From assembly GCA_030704615.1 (NCBI GenBank), contig CM060733.1, positions 23,684,001-23,748,000 of the forward strand: DNA of 64,000 nt, given 5' to 3'. Source of the DNA: Takakia lepidozioides. Taxonomy: Eukaryota; Plantae; Bryophyta. Below the pieces are notes generated by a model. The model searched no databases. It was given only the letters and a program-made list of their open reading frames with translations, and was not told where the DNA came from. Position 1 is the stretch's first letter. The number at the start of each line of letters is the position of its first letter. Both the position numbers and the translations under genes were made by a program. Of the stretch, positions 36,099-49,381 are shown in pieces.

Positions 36099-39000
36099 GC
36101 ACAAAATTCATGATGAGACGGCAATCAATTATTGCTCAAGACATGTGCATTCATAGGGAGAGGGACATTTTATGGGAGATATCCAGAATAAAAAAACCTG
36201 GCATCCCGTGTGAGCTTCCAAATGACGGCGTACGACCATTGCAGAGACTGCATCAGAGCTAGCACACACTGCTCCAAATGCGCGTCCCCTGCATCCGTGA
36301 TCTCTACCGAACTGCCAGACCTTTCCCCCATTGAGGGCCGGGAGATTGTCTGCTAGCCTCCGTCGACACCTCGATGAAGAAAGGGCATAGTTCAATTAAA
36401 CATTTAAATCCGGGCCTCGCCTCTCTTTGCCGGGATGTGGGCAAAAGCTCCTCAACATTCAAAAGACGTTGTTTGCCGTAGCCTTGACGCAAAATCCGAA
36501 AGAGAGAGAACTGACGGGGAGAATGACAGAGATGAAATCGAGGAACTTCGCGACTGTACAGAATCTGGACAGACACAATAACTTCGCTCTCATATACATG
36601 CTGGCCTCTTTATCTGCGAGCATTAATTAGGTCTGATCTGCAACTCAGCTGCCCTCTCTGTAGTGAAGAAGGTCCCAGACAGAGCGAAAGGGAAGGAAAA
36701 CATTTCAAGCGCGTTCTGCGAAGTCTGCGGTGGAATGGAGCCGCATTACCGGGGAAAACCGCGCGGTCGCCGGATGTCCCCTCGCCGGGATTCTTTTCCG
36801 TCACGTGACCAATACGCACGCCTTACTTTCTCCTTCCACTCAATCCAAAATGAACCTTTCGTCATCCATCCTCATGCTGTTAATTAATTAACTAATTACT
36901 TAATTATTTATAAAGGGGACCATATTGAAGCAATGATTTGTTTTTCTCAGTTTTTTCCAAAATGCCTTCGCCATTAAGTTTATTATGGGGGAAAAAAGAA
37001 ACCCCATTGATGCCATAAGGCATTAAACACATCCATCGGACCAAGCCCAAAGGGAAGCAAGAGGCGATGATCAATTACGAAGAGGAGTTGCTCCCAAGTG
37101 TTTCCCTTTTGAAAGAAAAATGAAAATAAAAAGATTAAAAAAACTAAAAAAGAGGCATTCCATGTAACTTGGCCGCGTAACATAGGCTTACAGATTTGTT
37201 GTTGTTCGTAGAAAAAGGTGCAGAGCGAAATCCCACAAATTGTATGGCGTACCAAAAGGGGAAGAGGCTCTTATTACACTAATAAGGGTGGCATTCTCTG
37301 GTGCTCTCTCTCTCTATATACTCTATACCTCAACATCTTTTCTTCATTCGCAAATTGGTTTCCAACAAAGGGGACGGAGAGACCTTTTTAGTCAAATTAA
37401 GAGGGAAAGTTGACGGATGGATTACCGACATATGTATGGAGGTTTGGTGGAAACGCGTAGGGACATTAGCGCGCATCTTTCGCTTGTGTCTTAGACTGAA
37501 TCGCCTCATTTGCGACGTGACTTTGTAATCTTGTCTAAAAGATGAGAGACCGGATGGTGTTATTTTCTTCCCCCTTCCCTTCCCTTCTCTTGTTGGGCAG
37601 TGTCTGTATGATCGCTTGGCGAGGATTTGAAACACCCTACTGTAATCAAGGGCCTGATTTGTAAGCGGGTGATTCCCTTTACTCTAAAAAAAAGAAAAAA
37701 GGAAAAGAAGAAAAAAAGAAAAAAGAAAAAGAAGTCACAAGAATTGGTCGTGTTGCATTGCTGGAATGCTCCTCGTGTGCGTTTTGACTGGGGTCAAGTG
37801 ACGTTGTCCTGACGCCACTCCTGGCATGTGCTACTGCACGAGCATGCCTATTAGGCACGTGCACCCTACATCGCAAGAGTGCTGGTTTTGTGACACCTGG
37901 CGGAATGGCAGGCATGATGCAACGTGGTGGCCCCGACATGACCTCAGAGTTCCCGACTTGCCGACAAGGGTACGGACAATACAAAGTCACCGCATTCATT
38001 GAACATTCCTTCCCGGATCTTTCCAAAGGGATGAATATGATCACCCCAAAGGGATGAATGTTCCACATGATCGATGAATGTGGAGGTCAGGACGACCACA
38101 AATCATCCACATTGACTGGCGATCGAGCATCCAATTTGACTGAGCGACCTCGTTCATCCCTTTGACTGATCTATCTGCTCCTGTAATAAGATCTCTTTGC
38201 GATCTCTTTGACTAGAGCTGGTCTTCAGTCGTTAAGTCAGAGTTTGAACCAACAACTGGGTGGACTTTGTATTCCTGGAATATGCTTTCGAGATGGAGAA
38301 AGAATCGAGATGGATGAGCTTTCCTATACAGATGGGACAATACGCGCTGTTACCGATGCTCTTTTCGTCAGGTTGGATGCAACTGACGTTAACGGAATCA
38401 GGGCTCCGTCCAGTTTGCTTGGTTGAAGAGAGAGAGTCCCACGCCGCCACCCTGCAGCCGCTCTCTCGATATATCCGTTGTTGGGTCCCAGTGGGGCTAC
38501 AGTTTGTGGATTTCTCCATTCCGATGTCTGGCCCCTGTTTATTTTTATTTTTATTTTTATTTTTGGCTGCCCTGTTCGTACACGCTCTCCCTGGTTCATA
38601 CATAGTTCATACACGCTCTAGATATTCCTGTTTCATGTCTTTGCTGGGTCCTCCTCAAGTTTAGGAGGAGACTAGTGCAGAACCAGTTTGATCATGTTGT
38701 ACCTTCTCCAAGTAACACCTTCCAGTGTTCTTTTTTCTGAAATTTGGAGAAAAGCGGGAGTGGCTACAGAGTTTGGCAGAAAATAGCCATACATTCTGTT
38801 CATTAGGACCATTAGGACAGAATCATCCACCTCCGTACTTAAATCCATTTATAGCATCCATATTTGGTGAATTCATCCATAATTTATTTTCATTAGAGAA
38901 ATTTGGCAATTTCATCCATGAAAAAGGAATTTATGACAGAATATTCCATTTTATTTCCTGAGGTCGAGCGAAAACTCGCCAGCAAAGAAAACGCTGACAC

Positions 39001-39220
39001 TTTCTTGAACCATTAGTGATGAAAAACAATGGAGAGAAAGGTGGACCACAATGATGGCGTTTTTGAACAATTCAATATGGATGGATGCAAATCTCTCTAT
39101 TCACAATAGGCCAGGAGGATTAGCCATTGAACAGTTGCTAGTCCTTAGATCTTAAATGGGTTGGAGAAACCGTTATTGAGAACTAAAGCATGAGGACGTA
39201 TGAACATGATGCATTGAGAA

Positions 39221-39365
39221 GTACTATAGGACTAGGTTCTTTTGGCCATGCCTTAAGGCAAGCACTTGGCATTCGCTTGGGTTTACAAGTACGTACCTTA
39301 AGGCTAAAAGCAGCTTGGACCTTAAGATTAGAAGTAGGGATGACTATAGAAAATACCTATAGTAC
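39221..39365. mobile_element. Possible 145-bp MITE
   Basis: 10-bp terminal inverted repeats GTACTATAGG/CCTATAGTAC, with a partial copy at 18292-18412. No convincing TSD. Confidence 0.4.
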
Positions 39366-39805
39366 AACTAGCTTAAAGCTGAATAGTTTGGATTTGAAAT
39401 AGGTAGTTCATTTAGACTTTAGGAGGTTGTGGGTTCAATCCGTAAATCTACAAGAGACGCCATAAATTTATGCTTTGGGCCATTAACATGATTTAGCTTT
39501 GCTTGTGGCACTAAAGAAATTAAATTTATGTAATATTTATGGCATCGCCCTCGTGTAATTTACACATTTTTTATGCAACACAAGTAAGTTAGATATGGAT
39601 TGCCCAAAATCTTGATTTGAACACATATACCATCAATTTTATTACAATGCAAAATAGTGAGAAGATGTTTTTGGGATTGAACAACATGTGTCTGTATGTA
39701 CAATAGTACAAGGGCTATGGCTATAGAGCTCTAAACACAATGGAAGAATATTTTGAACGTTGTCAAAATAACTATGGCCAAATGAATAGACAGGGAGTAA
39801 GACGG

Positions 39806-40214
39806 GTGCCATTAACATAATGCCTCACCAAGTCAAAAACAAGCGTCGTTGATGTTCCACTCGTATTGCATAATAAATGGATCGATGTTAGGTCCCATGC
39901 CCGCATAAGGGTCTATACCGACGAGGTAGCTGGTGTTGGATGGGTTGTTGTAGAAGTAGCAGTTGATCTCTGCATACACATTGTAGTGAGAATTGGGTGT
40001 CACAGTGAAAATTAGGTGCTGATACACCACCACAGTTTGCTCTGGGGTTTTGCCACCGGTGATTTCATTGATGCAGATGAAGGTGATGTTGGTTCGTGAT
40101 TCTCGATAGTTGTTGAACTCTATGAGCATTGGCACCATGTGATATGCACTGCAAGTTTATCCCCACGGCCAGCAAGAGGACAAGAGCTGTGGTCAACCCC
40201 ATGGACTCTTGCAT
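39806..40214 (-). pseudogene. Small secreted protein pseudogene, SPH (S-protein homolog)-like
   Basis: Signal peptide MQESMGLTTALVLLLAVGINLQCISHGANA in one frame, then a frameshift at ~40125 into IEFNN..ITFIC..LIFTV..INCYF..IDPY..YEWNINDACF*LGEALC*W. Spacing resembles the SPH pattern. Confidence 0.45.
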
Positions 40215-41132
40215 TTTTCTGAAACAACTTGATGATATGAGTAAGTGAGGGAAGGAGGGACAGACGAAAGAGCAGGATGCAAGAAATGAGAGCTCTAGAC
40301 AATTTGGCTCTTACAATATTGCAATATTATGTCTGTCGGCTCGCAAGGCCATGAGATCCCTCTTAACCACTTCAATATACTCTTTGTCTATCGTAGTAGT
40401 GGGTCACAAGCCCATGAAATCCGGTTATCTACCATTTGAGTAGATCACGATCTCTTTGCAAGCCCTAATATCCGGTTGCAAGCCCATGAGAAAGGGTTGT
40501 TACCAGGAATTCAGCCACCAACTCACAACAAACCAAACCTCGTACAGTTGTATTGTTGTGTAGGTAGTGCCTTTTTAAGGAACCCATCCGGTCCGGTTTA
40601 GGTTTTTATCTAAAGCCAAGTCTAGGTCCGGATCGGGGTTTTTGAAATTGGGAAAATCTGGGTTTGGGTTTGGATTGCGGTATTTGAACATAGGGACAAA
40701 TCAGGGTCTGGGTAGTTGCTAGTAAATATTAGCGGGTTTCACAAGTTCGCCTAATTTATTGATTAAATAATTTAAAAAATTAAGAATATCTGAATAAGTA
40801 TATAATTGGCTGGAAAAACTAGTGGCAAATTTTATTTTAGGACATGTTGTTTCAAGATGTACCATACATAGATATGTCTCCTTCACAAATTATATAACAC
40901 AAGAATTAAGATATAATTTGAGATCCACCCATCAATTTCAATTCTTAAACCTGGTAAGAAAAAAATATGCCCCATAGGAGGTTAGAAGGCTCATTACTGC
41001 TCGTTACATAGTTTTGAAATAACCAGTGTGAAAACCGTCAAAGATCCGCCAAGGACCCAACGGTTAAAAACCCGACTGCTCCTTGAGGTTCTTAAAATTA
41101 ACCGGAACCAATGGTTCTTTCCATAGAAAAGT

Positions 41133-42290
41133 ACTAGGGTAGCATGTGGCATTGGCCCAAGTGTCCAGGTAAGCCCAAGTGCAATCTCCTATGCATTCAA
41201 GTGAGTCTCCTATGTCTAGGCCCAAATATGACCTCCAGGGTAGCCTTTGCCGTTGGCACAAGTGTCCAATCAATATATCATTTTTTTGCCACAGAATCTC
41301 TGACCTAATTTGAACCGGAGAGCTTTCCCTTGATATCTCTCCTGTGGAGGCTTCCACCATTGTCCCAGGAAGCCACTTTGCTATTTTTTGCGAATTTCCA
41401 GCGACCAAAAGTACTTGAAATTCCACATCTCCCACACCGCAGGTCCAAAAATATGAATCGAGACGTTTGTTTTGTTTTGTCACGTTGAGATGTCCCAAAC
41501 CGCGGGGCGTCAACCTTGGTGCTTGGTACCCTTGGAAAGCTCTCGGTGAGGAGGGGTGCACGGGCTTGGTCTCATAATTTTTGGACCTGTGGTGTGGGAG
41601 ATATCAAATTTCAAGTACGTTTGGTCGCTGGAAATTCGTAAAAAATAGTAAAGTGGGCATTTTTGGGACAATGGTTGGAGCCTCTATAGGAGAGATATCA
41701 AGGGAAAGGTCTCCGGTTCAAATCTGGTCACAGGCTCTGTGGAAAAAAACTTACTTAGATGACATTGGACACTTGGGCCAACTGCAAAGGCTACCCTAGA
41801 GGTTGCATTTGGGCCTCACATAGGAGACGCACTTTGATACATAGGTCATTGCACTTGGACTTAGATGACACTGGAGCCGACGGCATAGGCTACCCTAGAG
41901 GTCATACTTGGGCCTAGACATAGGAGAGGCTCTTGAATGCATAGAAGATTGCAATTGGGCTTTCCTAGCACAATGATCGGAGGCTCCACCGGAGAGATAT
42001 AAAGGGAAAGATCTCCGGTTGAAATCAGGTCCTACATTCCATGAGAAGAAAATGATTATACTTGGATGACTTAGATGACATTGGACACTTGGGCCAACGG
42101 CATAGGCTACCCTACAGGTCATACTTGGGACTAGACATAGGAGATACACTTGAATGCATAGGAGATTGCACTTGGCCTTACATGACCATACTTGGGCCTA
42201 GACATAGGAGATGCACTTGAATGCATAGGAGATTGCACTTGGGCTTACATGACCCTGTACACTTGGGTCAAGGGCACAGGCCACCCTAGT
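41133..42290. mobile_element. Foldback-like non-autonomous element with long inverted arms and modular sub-repeats
   Basis: 41133-41456 is the inverted counterpart of 41572-41898, and further modules repeat to 42290. Termini ACTAGGGTAGC/GCCACCCTAGT. A related copy lies at 53161-53665. Confidence 0.7.
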
Positions 42291-43399
42291 TGATATGAAA
42301 AACCGGAATTCATTCATTCTTTCATTGCATTTCATTCTAAATTTTGAAAAACTGGAATTGGAGCCTGGTTATGATAGAAATCAAATAACCGCCCAACACT
42401 AGTATTTATATGGAGGCAAGACGCCCGGGCCTACAACCCATCCAAGTTGCCAAGGTGGGGCAGCGGGCTGTGAAGACTGCCGGGCCTACAGCCCCACCCA
42501 AGTTGCCAAGGTGGGCCTATGAGCACACGAACATTGAACCAGCACCAACGTCAACGTCTCGGAAAACCAAAGCCTTGAGAAAGCAGGGGAAGAGCCCTTG
42601 CAACGACGACAAACAATGTCAATGTCTCAAAAAAAACCTCAAGCCTGGACAAATCCGAAGGGGAAGAGCCCTTGCAAGGACAACATTTCCAGGGGTTGAC
42701 TGCATGTCCGGCTTGATCGGACCTTTTGGTCTAGTGTATAGTCCAAGGAATCGGAGAATGAACGTGTTCCTAAGTTAGTGGAAGAGTGTCATCTGCGCTG
42801 CTCACCCAACAGAAGCTAATTTGTTGACCGAATTTGATACATTCAATTGTATGAAAATATGCGAAGCGGCCCGAAGGTGCCTCTTGAAGCTCACGCTCCC
42901 ATTTAGAGCAGCCTTCCATGTACCGGGGCCACCGTTCAAGGGAGAAAAACGAGAAAAATGGCCGAGTTACACTTCTCACTTCCATGCATGGGGCGGGGGG
43001 CGTTGATGAGTTCCGTAGGGCAGCCCGATAAAATGGGAAGAGAGCTGCGAATTGAATGCAGTCCCCAGTTATCTGCCACGTCGTGCTATCACGTCACGCT
43101 GAAGTCCAAAAGAGGAGCTCGGCCGCCGAGCTCCACGTGACATTGGAAATGCTCGAGGGAACTCAGCCATTTGTTTTAAGCACTCGGCGAACTCCTTTTT
43201 TTGCGGGCTGGGCTCCTCCCACATGAAAGGCTGCTCTTAGAGGGGGTTAGAGGTCTGATTTAAACGATCAGGAGGGTTGTGATGGTGATGGAGAAGCCGA
43301 GCTGCACAAGGATCGTTGGGATTCAGAACCTGGGTGGTACACAAAACAGTTGTTCACGAGTGGGGTGACGATTTCCTCACGAGCAGTCACGGTGACGAG

Positions 43400-43995
43400 G
43401 ATGATGACAGCAGCTTGGCAGCGGCCAGCCCGCCTCAGAATTTTGTGTGGCCTCGTCGTAATGAGGCCGCAGGGTGCAGAGGGGACAGGGACCTGACAGC
43501 GGCCCTGCTACATTAAGACAATCCCTATTCCCCTGTTTCTCTTATAAGTTATATGAAAAAAACTACAGTTTGTTGGCACGGTGGAGGTTGTGGTTTGGTG
43601 GTAGGTCGATGGCGATGCGGCGATGCACGTCTTGAATTCTATCCCTGATTGTGGATCACGTGGTAGGCGCTGACTGAAATTACCTCGATGGAGGTAATAT
43701 GTAGCTACCCTCATGCAGGTAGTTTCAGCTTCGTTTTGCAACTACCTTCATGTAGACAATCCTAAAATTACCTGCATGGAAGTAGTTGTAAATTTCATAT
43801 GCCAAAAAAATTCTAAGTCCTGGACGCATGAAGGTAGTTTGGTCCTATATTAATGAGACGGCGGGCCCCATCGTCTGACCAGCCTCATTATGACGAGGCC
43901 ACACAAAATTCTGAGACGGCCAGCCCCAATAACGGCCTCCAGGATATGAGCTGACAGACCGCAGATGTGGGCCTGCTGCAAGCTTTGTCGTCATT
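43400..43995. mobile_element. MITE-like element with imperfect inverted ends
   Basis: 43430-43470 (ctcagaattttgtgtggcctcgtcgtaatgagg) is inverted at 43880-43921, with outer arms at 43400-43426 and 43969-43996. Confidence 0.5.
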
Positions 43996-45426
43996 CAGTC
44001 GTCATTGCATGCTCAGGTGGAAACTGTAGACCTCCTTATCAATTCGCATGTTGTCATCACTACGTAGTTCCACTTGTAGCTCCGTCGGTAGAGAGACTTT
44101 CCACGTGATCACTTTCCCTAGAGAGAGCTAGAACATTCCGGGCTAAACGACTTTCGACGACGTGGGGCTAACGCTTCGTTGGTGTCGCTCAATGAGACTT
44201 TAGTTCGCCACGCATTGTGAGGTCAGTTGAATTGTAGCGCAGCAGACCTGCTGTCCGGGACGAACCGGTGGAAGTCGGCTGGTGCATTTCGCATGTTTCA
44301 TCAGCGCTCTAGCAATCGTTGTCGGGTACGTGGTCCTCACGTTTCCTCTGTGACGGGATCATTCCCACATTCGTACAAACAACCGCTTCTGGCTTTCCAG
44401 ATTTCCTCTATAAACCCCTTCACACAAGCATCAATCTGCCTGCCCAGCAATTAGACCTCAACAGGCCAGGATCTACCGAAAGTTCCTCTCTGCATCTGTT
44501 TATTGTTCGATGGTAGACTCCCCTCCCTGTCAAGTTTAAACACTTCAGTCCTGTGCCGAGGTTAGCTAGGCCCTTCAAATCATCCTTATAATCCGCACCC
44601 TTGTCACCAACTGCAAATAAGTTCAGGGGACATTCTTCTTGAAAGACACTTCAGGCTCCAAGTTAGCTTCATCTGGCAGGGTCAGTATTGGGCTACTAGA
44701 AAATCTCCTCTTGCCTTTTTCCAGACTTTGGCCTGTTTAATGGATTCTGAAGTGGGATTGAGAACAGACTTATGTCAGACCATGCTGAGCCAGGTAGAGT
44801 TGGATGGAGATCCAAACAAACGGACGTTGAGGGCTTGGCAGTGGACAATAAATGTGGACATTATAGCTAGTTTTCAAGCTGAAGCCAGAAAAGCATGCAA
44901 TTTGTGACATCAAACTTGGCTTGGGGACTCCAGCAAGCAAATCATCACTTCACAACTTAGGTGCACAGTTTGTAGCAGGTATCATGCTTGAATGGCATCA
45001 ACCTGGTTGGCACCCAAAATACTCGTCCTTGGTCATGTCCTCTTTGTGGTCTTAGACACCTCATGGACCCCTATGAAATTCATTCAAATTCATTAAGGAT
45101 GCCAAAAGGACACATGCCTACCCAAATTTGAACCTCCAAAATGAAGTAAGTTGGAGCAACTAAAATGCTCATCAACAGATGAACTCCCCTCTTCAAAAGT
45201 AGGGAGCCATCCATGTATGGATACCAAAAAATGAACTTGTGGACAAACCTCCACCTCATTAAAAAAACTACTGCAAGTGTAGTGGTTCAAATGAACACCA
45301 AAGTTGAGAGAAGGTCGTATCTGAAGTATTTGAGAGAGGCTGTTAGACATCCTGGTGCATCCCAATCAGTCATGTTCATGGTAAAGAAACCTCACTGCAT
45401 GCAACTATCGTGTGTAAGAAAGCTTG

Positions 45427-48400
45427 TCAATCGTAGCTGGCATTTAAAAACTTGAGAAGCTCTGTGCGGTTGCTTTCGGCCAGTTTGTCTTCCTTGGTCT
45501 TTTCCACTTTCATCTGTATCTGCAACCGCCCAACACTTGACACATTAGTTGCTTCAGCAAAAAGACTAACTTAGCATTTCTGCATTGTTATGGAGTTTCC
45601 TGTTGTGTTTTCAGCCAGATACAACACCCAGCCGATCAATCGGAAAAGTCTCTTTTACAATGATTCCAACAACGCCTGTGGTTAAAGAAACAAATCAACC
45701 ATTAAATTATACAAAGACTCCAGACAGAGATTCAAATTCAACATGTGGAACAAATCGTGAAATTAAATAAGTACAAATGTTCAACCTGATAACTGTAGGG
45801 CAATCTCACAACCATATCAAACACCTCATTCATTCTCCCTCTCTACCCCTAGTTCGTTGACTATACACCTCGCTTGTAAGCAAAACTCCAGCCCCCCACT
45901 CTCTCTCTTCAAGGTCAATTATTTGGTTGAGATACAGGATCCAGCACAGAAGTTTCTTTACGGCAAGCTCAATCACTGTACATAGCCTTGAATGTGAAAT
46001 ACTCCCAAAGCTCCCACAAAAGGTCCATGTTCACGGCCCCTTCAAAGACACCTAATACAAATAAGACCTTGCAGAAACAACTCCAGGTACTAAAAAGTGA
46101 TCCAAAGGCGGAAGGGACTTGGAAATGCTTGTCCTCTCCAGCAATTGATATTAAAATAGTTCACACTAATGCACTATAAGTTTCCAGCAAGGGAGAGTAC
46201 CTTTTTGCCAGAGACAACACTGCGCTGGACTCCATTATCCTTATCTCTGCCAAGAAACTGCACAAGTGGAACGAGAGAATATTGTTCGGTTCCCAATGGT
46301 AGGTGAGAAACCTTGTAGGACCAACTTTTTAAGCCAGCAAGCATAAAACTCTGAAACAGTCCATGCTAACACCTTCACAGATCTTCCAGCATACTCACAT
46401 TGCAAGCCTTGTTAGCAAGCAACCCCTCACCTAAGCTTCACATCTACCTATTTTACAGAGAGTGAGATGACGCCGGCCAAAGCCAGCATAAAAAAAAGAC
46501 TCTTCCTCTTGCGGGTACTACCGCCTTTCAAACGAAAGATGTGAAGTTTGAACAAAAGCCATAGAACACCGACATTGTGTTAGAACTAAGTTTTCTACCG
46601 AAGCAATAGATCCTAAATTTCACAAGACAAGAAAGTCTTTAGACGACACAGCACTCTTCATAATCTTGCTAGGCAATGAGGTTTGAAAGAATAACAGTCA
46701 CCTTTGAGAGCTGCACAGGACCAGAGTTGTCTTTGCTAGACTTCTACATGAAGCTCCAGGGCAGTAGCCAGGATCCCCCGCAAAGTCACAAATCAACCAA
46801 TGGCACCGCAGGCCAGGAACGGCAATCCAGCCAAGGAGGACAGAAAGGTGGGGAGTAGGCAGGTCGCAGACCGCAGCTCCAATTTCGGAAGGGCCCAATC
46901 CACATGCAGGCAGCAAAATAGTATCAGTATCCCCCTAGTTCCCTTCAATGACTGTAGTGTGTACAAGACCACAGCCTACATACATTATTGGTGCAGTCTG
47001 CATCAGCAAACACTTTCCAACATATGCTTCACTTTACTGCTCTATTAACCACCAAGTCTACAAAACCAAAAACCAGGGAGGTAGCTGCCAAATCTGCACT
47101 CCAATCTTCTTTGAAGCAGACGCTAAATCACCAAAGCACTGCGTTGATCCAACTTACCGAGAACATGGGTTGTCGACCCACATGAAACAATCAAGTTCTA
47201 CAGCTGTCTACACCTGATGTTCAGTAAGTTCACATACCACAGTCTATCACAACCTCCCATGTCAGGCACTACGCCAGAAATGAGGGACAAGGTGACCAGC
47301 AAAAAGGCTTACCTCTTTGTGTCTATGTTTCTTCTCCTTGTGTCGGTGGCTCTTCTCTTTGCGTTTCTCCTTCACCTGAAAGAGAAAAGTACAATTCAGT
47401 TCTAGGTTAAGAGACATACACAGACTAAACCAGAAATTGACACATAAATCTTGCAAATGAATCAAGCCATAGCCAATCTGAGACATTGGTTGAAGTGAGA
47501 AAAGCTTGTATTTGACACCAAACCTGCATGGACCTGCGGAGGAAGATGAACGTAAGGCTGAAATGTTGGCATCCAAGCCAACACAACCAGGACAGACCGG
47601 ATACAATAACTGGACTCCAATCTCTGGGCATCCTTGGTTCCTCTCCCTTGGTTCCCAATTCAGAGTACCGAAATTCATCTTGGACTCTGCCAGATTGAGA
47701 CTCTAATAAATGGTCCGTCTATGAAGACTGTTCCCCACTTCCAGTCGTCCTGTGCAGATTAAGGATCGACGTGCCTGACAGCATACTTTGAGATTTTCAC
47801 ATGGCAACTACCCAACAATGGACTCACTATGTAGGTGATTGCAGTGCGTATTGACAACATGCGAGATCAGTCTTTTCTCTTCGACTACAATGGAAGAAAG
47901 TAAATACACAGAGACAGCAGCAGATTTCACCTTCTTATGTGATCTGTCTTGTTGCCGATGCTTCTTTGACCTCTCCGAGCTCTTCATATCACTTTCACTC
48001 GAGCTTTCTGCCCTGCATCATCAACAGTCGCTTGTGTCTTAGCCTTGGATTTGGAGTCAGAGATAACCATCATCACCAGCCAGAAGCTAAATCTGAGGGG
48101 CCACGGCAACACTTCATTCCTAACAATGTTTTGCTGTTTTGTCGTTGTCACTTTGGAGCAATACACGACCATGCAGAAGACCAGATACTAAAGCTCACTG
48201 AAGTAATGCTTGGAAGCTTACCTGCACAAGGCCTTCACCCTTAGACAATCACTCGAGCAATAGTTTTTGTTCTTGGCTCTGGTTTTGTTTCCTCTCTCAT
48301 GTTTTCTCCATTTTGTCCCATAAGCTCTATGAGCTTTCTGCGGACGTTATCAAGCACCATTTCATTTCATTTCATTTCATTTCTTCCATTAGCAGCCCCT

Positions 48401-49137
48401 GGCAAGGCAAGCGCTCCTCACCCATGCTGGCATTGGTTTCAGGCACTTCACTTTATTATAGATGAAAAGTGAATTGAAGTATGCTTCTCTGATTGCAGAT
48501 ACTTCTGTAGGGACGATCAGACTAGGCATGGAAAAAACCATTGATTGAAGGAACACCAATTAAGACTAGGTTAACAAAGGAAGCCTCCAAGTAGGAAGCT
48601 GATCATGCTAGTGCTAATCAGTCATCCCTTGCAATACCAACCACAGCAGTCCACTACTTTGGCTCTGAAAACTTCAAGTTACTCGAGCCAACAACGACAA
48701 TGAGTTGATTTGAAAGCGCTTGGGAGGGGGCTAATCCCACAAACCCCGCATAGCTGGGGAGTATGAAAGTCCGGGTAGTGGCCATTTCGAGTCCGACAGG
48801 ATCGCAGAGGTACTGGAGCCACAAGAGCTATCTCAACCAGTTCAAACATCACGACAAATTGCGAATCCTCATACCTATTCTTGCGCTTGCTTGATCGATG
48901 CCTCTGTCTCCTATGGCCACTGCTCGGACTGTCCATCTCGCTTCTGCTATTGGTCTCACTGTCGGACGACGAAGCGCCACTCCCGGAGCTACTCTCGCTT
49001 GCACCGCTCTGAGATTGCTTCTTGTCGATGAGTCTGTGTCTGCGCTTTCTCTGCCGATCGTCGCGATGGCGATGGCGATGTCGGCGGCGATGCTTGTCTG
49101 TGGATTCCGATGTGGCAGGGGATGAGGATGCTGCCAT
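45427..49137 (-). CDS. Lys/Arg/Ser-rich protein (199 aa) of unknown function, likely nuclear; exons 49137-48875, 48012-47931, 47375-47313, 46743-46702, 46257-46201, 45519-45427
   Basis: Six GT-AG exons sum to 600 nt in one frame. Low-complexity N-terminus and an ordered C-terminus GPVQLSKFLGRDKDNGVQRSVVSGKKIQMKVEKTKEDKLAESNRTELLKFLNASYD*. Confidence 0.85.
48208..48383 (+). repeat. RTE-type LINE 3' tail in intron 1 of the K/R/S-rich gene (antisense)
   Basis: Matches 35141-35305, with a (CATTT)n tail. Confidence 0.85.
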
Positions 49138-49381
49138 AGCTGGTCTTCAAGATCAAGACTCGCCCGGCTTCAAGATCAACACCTTCCGAGGGAGAGGAAG
49201 GCCACACCCCCTGATTAGTGTAAATACTGAACACACTGCACTGGTTAGAACCATTCAAGTTTAATTAGTGTCTGTCCACGAATGAATGAGTTGCTTCATT
49301 TGCTTTGGTGTGGATATTGCTGTGGTTGTTCTTCCTTCTACCCGAACAATCGAACACACTAACACTTCAACAGCGTCAGCG

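Noticed and set aside
36600-38660. Possible miRNA/ncRNA locus or small gene in a GC-richer stretch
   Set aside because: No conserved plant miRNA sequence, clear hairpin or spliceable ORF recognised.
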